Of a stretch of DNA of 64,000 nucleotides, positions 51,101 through 62,700 are shown one piece after another. The stretch comes from Eutreptiella sp. 'Long Island Sound 2002' (Eukaryota > Protista > Euglenida). Below the pieces are notes generated by a model. The model was not told where the DNA came from, ran no database searches, and saw only the letters and a list, made by a program, of their open reading frames with translations. Location of the stretch: positions 16,182,001 through 16,246,000 of the forward strand of contig OZ038378.1 in assembly GCA_964036045.1 (NCBI GenBank). The letters are read 5' to 3'. Every line of letters begins with the position of its first letter. Position 1 is the stretch's first letter. The translations under genes and the position numbers were made by a program.

Positions 51101-54100
51101 GAGAGTTTTTGGGTGTGCAGCAACGCCCTGCCTCAGTGGTCACAGGACCAGTATGGAGGGCCCGGGAGCTGCTTCGTGCCATCTTGTGTGATGTGGTATC
51201 AGGGGGTATCGTGTCGTGGCACGTGGTGTCATGCAATGTCATGTGGTTTGAGGTATCGTGTGATGTGATGTGTTGTGCGGTCATCGTGTGTCGTATGTAA
51301 TGTGACGTTCCATGGTGTCATGTGGTGGCATGCGGCGGTTCCCGGCGGCGGCGTTATGCGGTGTTCTGTAATGTCATGTGGTGGCATGTGGCGAAAGTGC
51401 CTGTGACGAGCATGTGCCGGCTGCACACTGTGGTCTCAGTGACACCGCCCGGCTTGGACCTCCTGCCGAAGTGCCTGCAAAAGTGCCTCACATTTTTGTA
51501 CCCTTCTCCTCCATTTCCCGAATGCTTCCCATACACCCGCCTCTGTGTCCCCCCCCCCCCATCTCCCAATATTTGTGATCTGCCTCTGTGCCCCCATCTC
51601 ATCTCCCGATACTTCCCATGCACACGCCCTTGTGCATTGCAGGGGATGGTTCTACACACTGTTGGTGTTGTCCACGGCGCTGTTTGGCAAGGCCCCCTTC
51701 AAGAACCTGGTCGTCAATGGGCTTGTGCTGGCGGAGGACCGCAAGAAGATGTCCAAGTCCCTCAAGAACTACCCCGACCCAATGGTCCCGCCTGCCCCCG
51801 CGCTCACCCAAACCCAAACGCAATTTCTTGCCGTGCCCCCGCCCCTACCTCTGTCTGTGTCTGGGTCCGGATCCATCTGCAACTCAAAGGCGCCCTCCCT
51901 GCCTCCCCTCCGTTGCTGACGTGGATACACAGATTATGGGGGGCCTGCTCTGCCACTTCCGCCGCTTTCCGGGCGTATTTCAGCGCCTGACTGTTTGTGA
52001 AGAAGCGTTGTGGAAAAGGCTCGGGACTGGGGGAGGAGAAGCTTGGCCAAAGAATACAATTACGCGCCTGGTCTTGCACCATCACACCATCACAACTGCT
52101 TGTTTCCGTGCAAAGCAATAGTGTCACTGCGAGGGTGGCGGCCTGGAAACACCCGTGCGTTCCCTTCTCCACGAGTGTCTCCTGACGCACCCGCTGACAT
52201 TCCCCGGTGCGGCTTCCTCATGCCACATGGGCTATGGGCCATGTGTGCACACCACAACCCCCGACTGCGTTCCGTCTGCGGTCGCTGCTCAGGAAGTCAT
52301 CAACAAGCACTCTGCAGACGCCATTCGCCTGTATCTCATCAATTCCCCAGTCGTGCGCGCAGAGCCCCTGGCATTCAAGCAGGAAGGTGTGCATGACCCC
52401 CGGCAATGCACTGTGCTGTGCCTCAGACCCTGCACAATCCGGTGCGCGGCAACACGACCCCTTTTCAGCCCTCGCATAACCCTCTCCTACATCCCCCAAT
52501 CCCGCCCTGCTCATCAGCAAAGGGTTGTAAAACAGATTGCAGAGAGTTGTACATAGCGGTAGAGGGTCCAGGGTTGTAGGATGGTTGTCCTGCAGGCTCA
52601 ATGGGCGATGAGGACTGAATCACGTGGCACCCGGTTGTTGCTGGTTGGTGTTAGTGGGGCCTTTGAGCCTGTTTCGCAGACCCCTCCCCCTCGAATTCGG
52701 CTGCGCCCACCAAAAGCACGCGTAGGACGTCTGGAACTTTGTGATTTTATTGCAAAAAGATTCCAGCAAATCTGGTTCACCCCCCATCCGTGTGCAACTC
52801 TCCAGAGCCATCACTAATCCGCATCCACCTGTACCACGGCGGGCCCTATGTGGCCGCTGTTGTAGCCGCTGCCACTGCCCTTGCCCCACCCGTCAGAAAC
52901 TCTTCCCTTCGAGCACTGGTGTGTCCTGGACCCTCTTTACCTCAGCCCTTGCCAAACTTCTACGAGCCTCTGCAACGCGCAGCAGCAGCGCTGTCCAGCA
53001 GAGGCTGAGCCGCAGAACCACCATTTCATTCCCCAGGTGTCAAGGAGATTGTGAAGGATGTGCTGCTCCCCTTGTGGAATGTGATGAAGTTTTTCTTGCA
53101 GAATTACCAGCGGTTCCAGCGTGAAGGTCACGAGATGCCGCGGTATACATACCGTTCTCTGCCATTTCCCCAAAGACCTCTACGGTCACCCTTGCCATCG
53201 GATCAGCTGTTGCCATAACCCTTTTCCCGGGGCTGCACTAGAGAGAGCGGGTCTTGTTGTTGTTAATTTGTGTTGCATTTTGGGTGTTCACCTGAAATTC
53301 AGGTCTCTTTTGCCTGGCAATTCGATAAAGGTGGGCCGACGGAGCAATGGACCTGATCTTCGGCCCCACGACAAACGCTACAGTGTGGTGTACAAGATGT
53401 GGGAAGCAGCACCACCTACAAACACAGTGCAATTTGAAAGACACACTACCGGAAGCAAAGGATTGTCGCCCCACTGAAGACCGCAGGCAAAGACCAGATG
53501 TCTTCTTTCACTCTTGTGTTTTACCAGACTGAGAGCGCTGCCACTGGGCAGCACAGAGCAAGGGCCCCCCGGAACGATTCTCCGCCGTTCTCCACACCAC
53601 AGACCCCCCCCCCCCACCACCCCGGAGCTGCGGTGAGTGTGATGTCCTCTCGCAAGCCTCACCAGTCTCAAGACCTGCAGACCGGATCCTGTGGTCTGGT
53701 GGCTCGGCCCCGACCTCATGCATCATGTCTCGTACTGCGCACCACTGCCCACGGCTGTGTGCATGTGCGTGGGGCATGTGCCGGGTTTCACTGCGCCTGG
53801 GTCGCCAAGGGTCTGCCGTGGCCTTGTAGCCCCGAGTCCACACAGGGCAGCCTGAGACGACCTGACATGTCTGCCATAGTACCTCCGGGGAAGGCGCTTC
53901 AGGATCAGTCAAGACTGGTGGTGGACACACTCCTGTTTCCTTTGGTTTTTTGGGGAGGGGGGGGGGGGGCTGCCATAAAGACAGAGGCTGAGTTGTTTTT
54001 CGGGAAGGCGCGGGCTAGGGACAGTTGTGGTCCCAGAACGGTGGTGGGATTGGTTTAATGGCTCGCGGAGTGACCCACCTGCAACTGGTAATCTGTGCTG

Positions 54101-57100
54101 TTTAGGGAGCTGAAGCCTACCAACACTATGGATCGCTGGATCCTTGCTGCCAGCAACCATCTGATCAATTACGTGAAAGAGGAGATGCGATGCTATCGCT
54201 TGTACACGGTGGTTCCTGGTCTACTCAAGTATTTGGACAATCTCACAAACTGGTGTGTCCCGGTTTTCACCTCTCAATTACCACCAGGAGGAAAACTAGG
54301 TGTTGTCCACATCACTGCCCAGCAAGTTCCTTGTTTGCTACTACAAAACAAAGTGCGTCTTTGTCTGGCAGGCAGCTGCCAATCATTGTCATATTAGTGC
54401 ACTTCTTGTGGTAGGCATGGGTGCAGTACTGAGATCTTTTGGGCCATTAGGGGCTGTGCATCATCGTCTTGTGCCAATGAGAGGCACTGGGAGGAGGGGT
54501 AACCAAGGTAGGTCACAAGGGTACTATGGAATGAGGGGCAGGTGTGTGGTCATATTAGTTAATTGGTTTTGCCTCCTGGGATCCCCGAGCTTCCCCTCCC
54601 TTTCAGCCCCTTCCTTTGGATTTCTTTGACCCTTATGGGTGATCCCTGTAGAGTTTCAGGGAACGAGTGTCCGGTCGTTGGGGTGTGGGGGGGACCCCGT
54701 GCGTGGAACCGGGATTTCCGTGGGTTGCCCATGCGGCCAAAGTATGGAGCCACGGACAAGAGTGGTGCAGGGCTGATGTACATGTAGACACTGTAGGTGC
54801 GCGCAGACACAGAACTGCATCCTGGGGTATTTGAAGTCGAATGGCGTCGTTGTCACTCTTCGGCTGCCTGTGCCTCCGGCCCCTGGCCATCGCTGTCACC
54901 GTCCCCCTGGGGTGTGTGCAGGTACGTGAGAATGAACCGCAGGCGCTTCAAGGGCGACGGCGACGGCGTTGAGGACTGCGGGCAGGCCCTGGCGACGCTG
55001 TACAGTGTGCTGATGACGGCGGTGCATCTCATGAGCCCCTTCATCCCCTTCATCACTGAGAATATGTACCACAAACTGAGTCAGTTGCTGCCGGAGGACA
55101 AGAGGGAGGTACGCCCCCCCCGCCCAGCCCCCCTCCCATGACTCGCTGACTGGAGCCTGGGGGGCCACGTTGCACTCGCCGCTCGATCGGGGCCTCGGCG
55201 AGATGGACGTGGCGGCCGTGGTGGTTGCCGCTCACCACGTCTCTGCTTGACAGAGGTGCTTGGACCTGCCACCAGTGGTGCACACGGTTGGCAGTCTTGG
55301 GGACCGATGGGGCCCGTTGGTGCACACACCAAACACAAACATCTGTCGCAGGCGCAAGGTGTTAAAGCGACACCCAAACCCGCAAAACCAGCCAGAACAT
55401 CCCGTGTCAAGTACCCTCCTCTTTTATTCCACTACATGACCTCCGATGTACAGTACAATCTCCTGCTACCGGGGCAGGGGGTTCGGAGGAAGACAGGGGA
55501 TCCGTTGTTGTACCACTGCTCTGGTTCTGCCTTGGGTTCCAACGGCGGCCACCCCCCGCCACGCATTGCGCACCATCATGACACGCCTCAAATGCCCCTG
55601 AAGACCCGCCCCTGTCATCTGTCGACGGTTCACGGCGAATGGGGTGTTCTCAGTGCTCCGTGCTCCGACGTGGTTGTGCCTGTGCATGCCCCCATGTCGC
55701 AGGAGTCCGTGCACTACTGCCTGGTCCCTGAATCCGACAGTTCTCTTTTGGATGAGGTGATTGAGCGCAAGATCGAGCGCATGCAGACGGTCATCGATTT
55801 GGCACGCGTGATCCGGGCGCAGCAGAACATTGCGCTGAAGGTACAGAGGCGCTGCTGGGCCGGCCCGCGTTGTAGCTGCATGCCCGCCTCGTGTAAGTGC
55901 ATGGCGCGTGCGTCTGCATCACAACGCCGTTGCACACCCTCGCCCTGTCAAATGATACTGCAAATTACAAACTTCGTCAAAGATGATGAAACGACACCAG
56001 CGTTTTTGCCCCAAAGGCCTGCCTGTTCCCTTGCATGTGCGACCCCACCCCCCAACGCCCAGTTCACTCGAATAGCTCACAGTGCGGACTCATCGTACTG
56101 GACCTGTGGCATCACTCTCCTGTCGGTGCCCACAGAGGCTTCACATACAGCTGTGGTGCTCCTCACAACCGATGATGTGGGAAATGCAGCATGGCAGAGG
56201 GCTGTGGGTCTCCGCATCACCGAGTGTTGCCCATCACCCGTTGTCACCGCAACGGACTACGGCCCCTTGCCAGAGGGCCACTGCAGCCACGCAAAACGGG
56301 CGCAGTGCACGCGGTGTAATTGGGCTTGTGGAAGGAGGCTGGTCCTCAACGATTTGCCCAGTGACCTTCTGTTCCAAGACTGAGGGCTCATTGAATTGCG
56401 CCTTGGGTATCATGCCATGGCTCACGGTGCATATTCACAAGAGCCCCCCCACAACGTCAAAACATGTTCGGTGGTCGTGTTGTGTTGTGCTTTTCCAATT
56501 TGCTTGCAAGGGATCCGTGTTTGTTTCAATGCGGGTCTATGTGCGGTGCATTGCTCAGAAGCGCGCAGTGTTCTGCAGCGGTTTCAGAAGAAACCACGCG
56601 AGCAGTCCAAGGCAGTGCCTCGGACGGAGTGGTCCTGTTTTCGCATGACAGGAGCTCGGTCCCGTTGCAGTGACTGCGTTGATAACCAATGCCGCAGACC
56701 TTTACAGGGGCTGTCACGGTGCCAGGCAAAGGCTTCGCACAACAGGGTCCGCCTGACGCCTCACTTGCGCTCTGCCACTTCAGAACGGCCCAAGCAGTGG
56801 CGGGCCGTTAATACTGCAGTGAGCACTTGAGAAGTGTTGTGTGGCTGATTGATGCGGTTTTCTGCTGCACGGCTGTTTGGGAGGGATGCAGAAGGGCACG
56901 GAGATGCAGATGTAGAAGGGTGCACAGTTGCGGAGGGCTGCGCAAGGACGCAGCCGCTTTGAGGTGTGAAGGGAGACTCCCTTCCCAACACACATGGGGC
57001 ATGCAATGAGCATGTCCGTACATGATTACCCCTCTGAAACACTCTACAAGTCAATACAGCCTCATGAGCCTCTACAACCACCGCAGCCCTTGGCAGTGGG

Positions 57101-57936
57101 GCAATAAAACCCCCTGAAGCAATCAGATTCGGGTGAGGTTGAGTGGCAGCCAACAGGGGTAATATCAGGGCTCGTTGGTCCCCATTATCCGCTTGGACAA
57201 TGCAGCAAGGATGAGACGCCGTGTGCAGGTTTTGTCATGCCTCCCCTATGGGGAACGCTAATCCTGCGGCACCTGCGGTGCGCAATCTGGGTATTTATCC
57301 CGGAACAGGGGACATTGTACCCTTTGTGCGTAGTTTTGAATGGGGAGTGGTTATTACAACATTTTCGTCCGTTTGGAGTATTGTGCTTCGCCATTGTCGC
57401 CGTTTGACCTTCTTTCACCCAAAATTGAGGAAGATTAATGTGGTGTTAATTACCCTCAAGCCCATTACACTTAGCCTGCGGTGCGCCTGCGGCGTGCAGG
57501 AAGCGTTCCCAAAGCCCTCCTCCTTGCTTTTGGCGCCACAAAGTTGACGTTTTCGACCACCATTTTCGATGCACACCATGTGGTCTAGTCCCGCCCCCCT
57601 CCCCCCTAGACACAAACAGTGTAACGCTTTGAAGGCTGTCAGAAGGGTACTTGATGAAGTGTTGTGCATGGCCCACTTGAATGTCCGACAATGGTGACTC
57701 CGTCGAACAGCTTTGCCTTTGGACGCGCTGCTTTTCTTGTCGCTCGCTATGCAGGTGCCAGGAATGTTCGGATTGTGTGCCCATGCATGCACCTGGTGTG
57801 TTCATGTGTGCAGATGCCAGTGCAGAAGGTGATCGTGATCCACCATTCCAAGGAGTATGTGGATGACGTTACAGAGTTGAAGGACTATGTGGTGGATGAG
57901 CTGAATGTCTTGGAGCTGGAGGTGACGAGTGATGAG
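33125..57936 (+). CDS. IARS1: Cytosolic isoleucyl-tRNA synthetase, 19 exons, 892 codons, 3'-incomplete (remaining exons lie beyond 64000)
   Basis: The spliced translation contains [14 protein letters not shown] (HIGH motif), GWDCHGLP, the CP1 editing motifs WTTTPWTL and [55 protein letters not shown] and [13 protein letters not shown] (KMSKS). All 18 internal introns are GT-AG and the phases agree; total 2676 nt. Confidence 0.97.
33968..34144 (+). repeat. (GGGCA/GGGCT)n pentamer array, ~34 units, G-quadruplex-prone, in IleRS intron 1
   Basis: Direct reading of the sequence. Confidence 0.92.
34253..34385 (+). CDS. IARS1: IleRS exon 2
   Basis: [44 protein letters not shown]; cgcag|...tat g|gtttgt. 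Confidence 0.93.
34809..34969 (+). CDS. IARS1: IleRS exon 3 (HIGH motif)
   Basis: [21 protein letters not shown]...[15 protein letters not shown]. Confidence 0.96.
36241..36381 (+). CDS. IARS1: IleRS exon 4
   Basis: [26 protein letters not shown]...GRWIDFE. Confidence 0.95.
37255..37327 (+). CDS. IARS1: IleRS exon 5
   Basis: [24 protein letters not shown]. Confidence 0.95.
39344..39592 (+). CDS. IARS1: IleRS exon 6
   Basis: [14 protein letters not shown]...[13 protein letters not shown]...KDTKT. Confidence 0.96.
39953..40079 (+). repeat. Dispersed intronic repeat; second copy at 53624-53750 (~90% identical)
   Basis: ggagctgcggtg...gcaagcctcaccagt.tcaagacctg...gcatcatgtctcg...caccactgccc in both copies. 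Confidence 0.85.
42730..42834 (+). CDS. IARS1: IleRS exon 7
   Basis: [18 protein letters not shown]...EKLAEFQ; phases fit both neighbours. Confidence 0.9.
42895..43500 (+). repeat. AT-rich degenerate minisatellite with a recurring GTGGAAAAT motif; a further piece at ~44320-44420
   Basis: Many tgtggaaaat(g/a)t occurrences at short irregular spacing. Confidence 0.75.
44591..44781 (+). CDS. IARS1: IleRS exon 8 (editing site)
   Basis: [16 protein letters not shown]...[20 protein letters not shown]. Confidence 0.96.
45783..45862 (+). pseudogene. tRNA-derived (Cys-like, GCA) degenerate sequence or SINE head with A/B boxes and a T7 terminator
   Basis: A-box-like tagtagaacgg (45790), tgcaga anticodon loop, B-box-like ggttccattcc (45833, 43 nt after the A box), then ttttttt. 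The acceptor, anticodon and T stems do not pair, so it is not a functional tRNA. Confidence 0.55.
47191..47363 (+). CDS. IARS1: IleRS exon 9
   Basis: [15 protein letters not shown]...HSYPFCWR. Confidence 0.96.
48385..48454 (+). CDS. IARS1: IleRS exon 10
   Basis: [23 protein letters not shown]. Confidence 0.93.
48687..48997. mobile_element. hAT-type MITE, 311 bp, with ~29-bp imperfect TIRs and a degenerate 8-bp TSD
   Basis: Left end cagagctgacctaacacacaatctaat versus reverse complement of right end cagggctggcctaacacatgatctaat. Flanks gtgacggc / gtgaagac match at 6 of 8 positions. TIRs start with CAG. Confidence 0.75.
49628..49826 (+). CDS. IARS1: IleRS exon 11
   Basis: YWVPDFV...[17 protein letters not shown]...ELEELT. 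Confidence 0.96.
49983..50202 (+). CDS. IARS1: IleRS exon 12
   Basis: [10 protein letters not shown]...[14 protein letters not shown]...[13 protein letters not shown]. Confidence 0.96.
51643..51784 (+). CDS. IARS1: IleRS exon 13 (KMSKS motif)
   Basis: GWFYTL...[22 protein letters not shown]. Confidence 0.96.
52293..52386 (+). CDS. IARS1: IleRS exon 14
   Basis: [31 protein letters not shown]. Confidence 0.95.
53037..53142 (+). CDS. IARS1: IleRS exon 15
   Basis: [35 protein letters not shown]; donor cg|gtatac is the one whose phase fits exon 16. Confidence 0.88.
53624..53750 (+). repeat. Second copy of the 39953-40079 repeat
   Basis: See 39953-40079. Confidence 0.85.
54106..54252 (+). CDS. 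IARS1: IleRS exon 16
   Basis: [15 protein letters not shown]...[20 protein letters not shown]. Confidence 0.93.
54922..55108 (+). CDS. IARS1: IleRS exon 17
   Basis: [11 protein letters not shown]...[14 protein letters not shown]...EDKRE. Confidence 0.95.
55703..55840 (+). CDS. IARS1: IleRS exon 18
   Basis: ESVHYCLVP...[23 protein letters not shown]. Confidence 0.94.
57814..57936 (+). CDS. IARS1: IleRS exon 19 (last exon visible)
   Basis: [10 protein letters not shown]...[20 protein letters not shown]; donor gtgcgt. Confidence 0.92.
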
Positions 57937-58819
57937 GTGCGTGCACGTCACTGCCCTGAGGCTGGGTCTCAGCAGTTGAGGGGTGGGGGGTCAGTAGGCT
58001 CTAATTTGATGTAAAGGTGCAAAGCGAAAGACACTATTTGCCTCTGCATTTTATGCACGATTTTAGGCCAGCATATGTGGCCAGGCATAAGCATAGCTCT
58101 GTGTCTCAGAAGTGGGGCAGGTGAGACCCACATTTCGTCGCAGTCGTCCCATAATATTTGGGTGCAATAGCTCCATGAGTCAGAGGATGCCTTCATTCCA
58201 ATTGAGGAAAAAACAGCCCCTGAGTAGACCGTCAGCTTCGGCACAATCTGCAACAACCCTCTTCCCTTCCCTTTCACAAGGCCGAAGCATCCTGCCTGAG
58301 TGACTGTCTGAAGAGAAATTTTCTTGCACTTCTTTCACATCATCTGTGTGCGTACATATGTATGTGCGTATGTGCGTGTGTGCGTGTGCATGTTGGTGCG
58401 CGTAAGTGCGTGTCTGCGTGTTTAGGGTTTTTCTTAGTGTGTGTCCCACCCTCAGGGGCGGGGGGAATGGGGGGGGGGCATTTTTCAGAAATTCTGAGTG
58501 CGTGGGTGTCCAACCACCTCCCCCCTCCCCCCGTGGGGTAGGACATTTTGGGATGGGTGGGTTGGCGCCGAAGGCACTGGAAGAAAAAATGGCTTTTTTT
58601 GTGCTTTTGGGTGAATGGGTCGCTGGGTGTGTGGGGGTCTAACAGCCCCCCCCCCCCCCCCCGCCCGCCCCCCTGCGAGTGGGACATTTCTGGGTCCCTA
58701 GGTTTTCCAAAAATCTAGGTGGGTCTCTCAAATCATCTGGTTAAGGAAAGCCCTGGTGTGCCTCCATGTGCATGTATATGTGCAAGTGTGTGTGCATGCG
58801 GGCCTGAACGCACGCACAC

Positions 58820-58918
58820 ATGTGTGTGTTGTGTGTGTGTGTGTGTGTGTGTTCGTGCGCAGGTGTGTTTGTGTGTGTGTGTGTGTGTGTCTGATCCCCT
58901 TCACCAAGTGTGTGTGTC
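58820..58918 (+). repeat. Interrupted (TG)n microsatellite
   Basis: Direct reading of the sequence. Confidence 0.9.
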
Positions 58919-59424
58919 TGATTTTCAGTAAGTATGCATCCACAATTATCATTTTTTTGCGTCTTGTGTATCCCAAAACATTTTCTATGTATCCCAGTGT
59001 ATTCCATCAATCCCAATGCACCACCCTGTTTTCTCCGCAGGGACAACAAGAAAAAAGTTGTCCCGGGGGGGGGGGGGGGGGTTCTAGAAAGGCAGTCTTT
59101 GGGCTGGCCCCTGTGCAAAAGTCCTTTTCTGTCCGCAATGCACCACACAGGGGATGGAAGAATTTACTAGCATACGAAGGCACATAGGTAATTTGCACAG
59201 ATTTAGGCGATTTGCACAGGCTTCAGGATGACTACTGCCAATGTCCGGAGGGTTCCGGATGATGGCTGTCAGTTGGACGGTTTTGGATAATTCTGTGAAT
59301 TCCCATTCGGCTTTGGTTGATAGCTCCCGGAGAGTTTTGTTCACTTGTTGACTGCTAGGGAAGATGAATATTGTTAAGTCTGGGAGGGCCACCCCTAAGA
59401 GGAAAGAATCCCCCCACCCCTGGG

Positions 59425-59660
59425 TTGGACGGAATGAACCGGCGGTACCCTCGGCGGCGGTTCGGCTCGGCCGGTTAGCTTCCGGCGGTTCGGCTCGGCG
59501 GCGGTGTCGGCCGGCCGATTCGGCCGGCCGGACCGCCGGGCGGCACTTCGGCCGGCGTCGGCCGGCCGGACCGCCAGAACCTACCCGGCCGGCCGGCCGA
59601 ACCACCGCCCGGCGGTCCGGCCGGCCGACTCGGCTGGCCGAACCGCCGGGCCGTTCCGAC
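59425..59660. repeat. Very GC-rich palindromic block (CGGCCGG-rich) bordering the satellite
   Basis: Perfect 23-bp inverted repeat at 59521-59543 / 59605-59627, extending imperfectly outward. Confidence 0.8.
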
Positions 59661-59754
59661 GCACCCCCCCCACCACCCCCCAAGGATCCCCGGGTTAGGC
59701 ACCCTTTTTTTTCACCCACCTTCACCCATTGGGGGCGGAGAATGCAAGGGTCCT

Positions 59755-62700
59755 TGGAGGCGGTGCACACAAAAGGTGGTCTATAGCCACCGCAGGAGTC
59801 ATGTTATTTAAGGGGCCACAGGCAAGGCGGTACACACAGAAGGCGGTGCCTATACAAGGCGGTGCACACAAAAGGCGGCTTGTGGCCACCGCAGGAGTCA
59901 TGTTATTTAAGGGGCCACAGGCAAGGCGGTACACACAGAAGGCGGTGCCCACACAAGGCGGTGCACACAAAAGGCGGCCTGTGGCCACCGCAGGAGTCAT
60001 GTTATTTAAGGGGCCACAGGCAAGGCGGTACACACAGAAGGCGGTGCCTACACAAGGCGGTGCACACAAAAGGCAGCCTGTGGCCACCGCAGGAGTCATG
60101 TTATTTCAGGGGCCACAGGCAAGGCGGTACACACAGAAGGCGGTGCCCACACAAGGCGGTGCACACAAAAGGCGGCCTATGGCCACCGCAGGAGTCATGT
60201 TATTTAAGGGGCAACAGGCAAGGCGGTGCACACAGAAGGCGGTGCCCACACAAGGCGGTGCACACAAAAGGCGGCCTGTGGCCACCGCAGGAGTCATGTT
60301 ATTTCAGGGGCCACAGGCAAGGCGGTGCACATAGAACGCGGTGCACACAAAAGGCGGCCTGTGGCCACCGCAGGAGTCATGTTATTTAAGGAGCCACAGG
60401 CAAGGCGGTACACACAGAAGGCGGTGCCTACACAAGGCGGTGCACACGAAAGGCGGCCTGTGGCCACCGCAGGAGTCATGTTATTTAAGGAGCCACAGGC
60501 AAGGCGGTACACACAGAAGGCGGTGCCCACACAAGGCGGTGCACACAAAAGGCGGCCTGTGGCCACCGCAGGAGTCATGTTATTTCAGGGGCCACAGGCA
60601 AGGCGGTGCACATAGAACGCGGTGCACACAAAAGGCGGCCTGTGGCCACCGCAGGAGTCATGTTATTTCAGGGGCCACAGGCAAGGCGGTACACACAGAA
60701 CGCGGTGCCCACACAAGGCGGTGCACACAAAAGGCGGCCTGTGGCCACCGCAGGAGTCATGTTATTTCAGGGGCCACAGGCAAGGCGGTACACACAGAAG
60801 GCGGTGCCTACACAAGGCGGTGCACACAAAAGGCGGCCTATGGCCACCGCAGGAGTCATGACATTTAAGGGGCAACAGGCAAGGCGGTACACACAGATGG
60901 CGGTGCCCACACAAGGCGGTGCACACAAAAGGCGGCCTATGGCCACCGCAGGAGTCATGTTATTTAAGGGGCCACAGGCAAGGCGGTGCACATAGAACGC
61001 GGTGCACACAAAAGGCGGCCTGTGGCCACCGCAGGAGTCATGTTATTTAAGGAGCCACAGGCAAGGCGGTACACACAGAAGGCGGTGCCTAAACAAGGCG
61101 GTGCACACGAAAGGCGGCCTGGGGCCACCGCAGGAGTCATGTTATTTAAGGGGCCACAGGCAAGGTGGTACACACAGAGGGCGGTGCCCACACAAGGCGG
61201 TGCAGACAACAGGCGGCCTGTGGCCACCTCAGGAGTCGTGTTATTTAAGGGACCACTGGCAAGGCGGTGCACGTAGAACGCGGTGCACACAAAAGGCGGC
61301 CTGTGGCCACCGCAGGTGTCATGTTATTTTAGGGGCCACAGGCAAGGCGGTACACACAGAAGGCGGTGCCTACACAAGGCGGTGCACACAAAAGGCGGCC
61401 TGTGGCGACCGCAGGAGTCATGTTATTTAAGGGGCCACAGGCAAGGCGGTCCACACAACAGGGGGTGCCTACACAAGGCGGTGCACACAAAAGGCGGCCT
61501 GTGGCCACCGCAGGAGTCATGTTATTTAAGGGGCCACAGGCAAGGCGGTACACACAGAACGCGGTGCCCACACAAAGCGGTACACAAAAAAGGCAGCCTG
61601 TGGCCACCGCAGGAGTCATGTTATTTCAGGGGCCACAGGCAAGGCGGTACACACAGAACGCGGTGCCTACACAAGGCGGTGCACACAAAAGGCGGCCTGT
61701 GGCCACCGCAGGAGTCATGTTATTTCAGGGGCCACAGGCAAGGCGGTACACACAGAACGCGGTGCCCACACAAGGCGGTGCACACAAAAGGCGGCCTGTG
61801 GCCACCGCAAGTGTCATGTTATTTTAGGGGCCACAGGCAAGGCGGTACACACAGAAGGCGGTGCCTACACAAGGCGGTGCACACAAAAGGCGGCCTGTGG
61901 CCACCGCAGGAGTCATGTTATTTAAGGGGCCACAGGCAAGGCGGTCCACACAACAGGGGGTGCCTACACAAGGCGGTGCACACAAAAGGCGGCCTGTGGC
62001 CACCGCAGGAGTCATGTTATTTAAGGGGCCACAGGCAAGGCGGTACACACAGAACGCGGTGCCCACACAAGGCGGTGCACAAAAAAGGCAGCCTGTGGCC
62101 ACCGCAGGAGTCATGTTATTTAAGGGGCAACAGGCAAGGCGGTACACACAGAACGCGGTGCCTACACAAGGCGGTGCACACAAAAGGCGGCCTGTGGCCA
62201 CCGCAGGAGTCATGTTATTTCAGGGGCCACAGGCAAGGCGGTACACACAGAAGGCGGTGCCTACACAAGGCGGTGCACACAAAAGGCGGCCTGTGGCCAC
62301 CGCAGGAGTCATGTTATTTCAGGGGCCACAGGCAAGGCGGTACACACAGAAGGCGGTGCCCACACAAGGCGGTGCACACAAAAGGCGGCTTATGGCCACC
62401 GCAGGAGTCATGTTATTTAAGGGGCCACAGGCAAGGTGGTACACACAGAAGGCGGTGCCCACACAAGGCGGTGCAGACAACAGGCGGCCTGTGGCCACCG
62501 CAGGAGTCGTGTTATGTAAGGGACCACAAGCAAGGCGGTGCACGTAGAACGCGGTGCACACAAAAGGCGGCCTGTGGCCACCGCAGGTGTCATGTTATTT
62601 TAGGGGCCACAGGCAAGGCGGTACACACAGAAGGCGGTGCCTACACAAGGCGGTGCACACAAAAGGCGGCCTGTGGCCACCGCAGGAGTCATGTTATTTA

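Noticed and set aside
4385-57813. Euglenid non-conventional (non-GT-AG, end-paired) introns
   Set aside because: All junctions resolve as GT-AG, and none shows the paired +4 CAG / -8 CTG signature; only intron 55841 has the CAG half.
59084-59770. 228-aa minus-strand ORF with a protein-like middle part
   Set aside because: It is mostly the GC palindrome and poly-G read-through, and has no recognisable motif or splice context.
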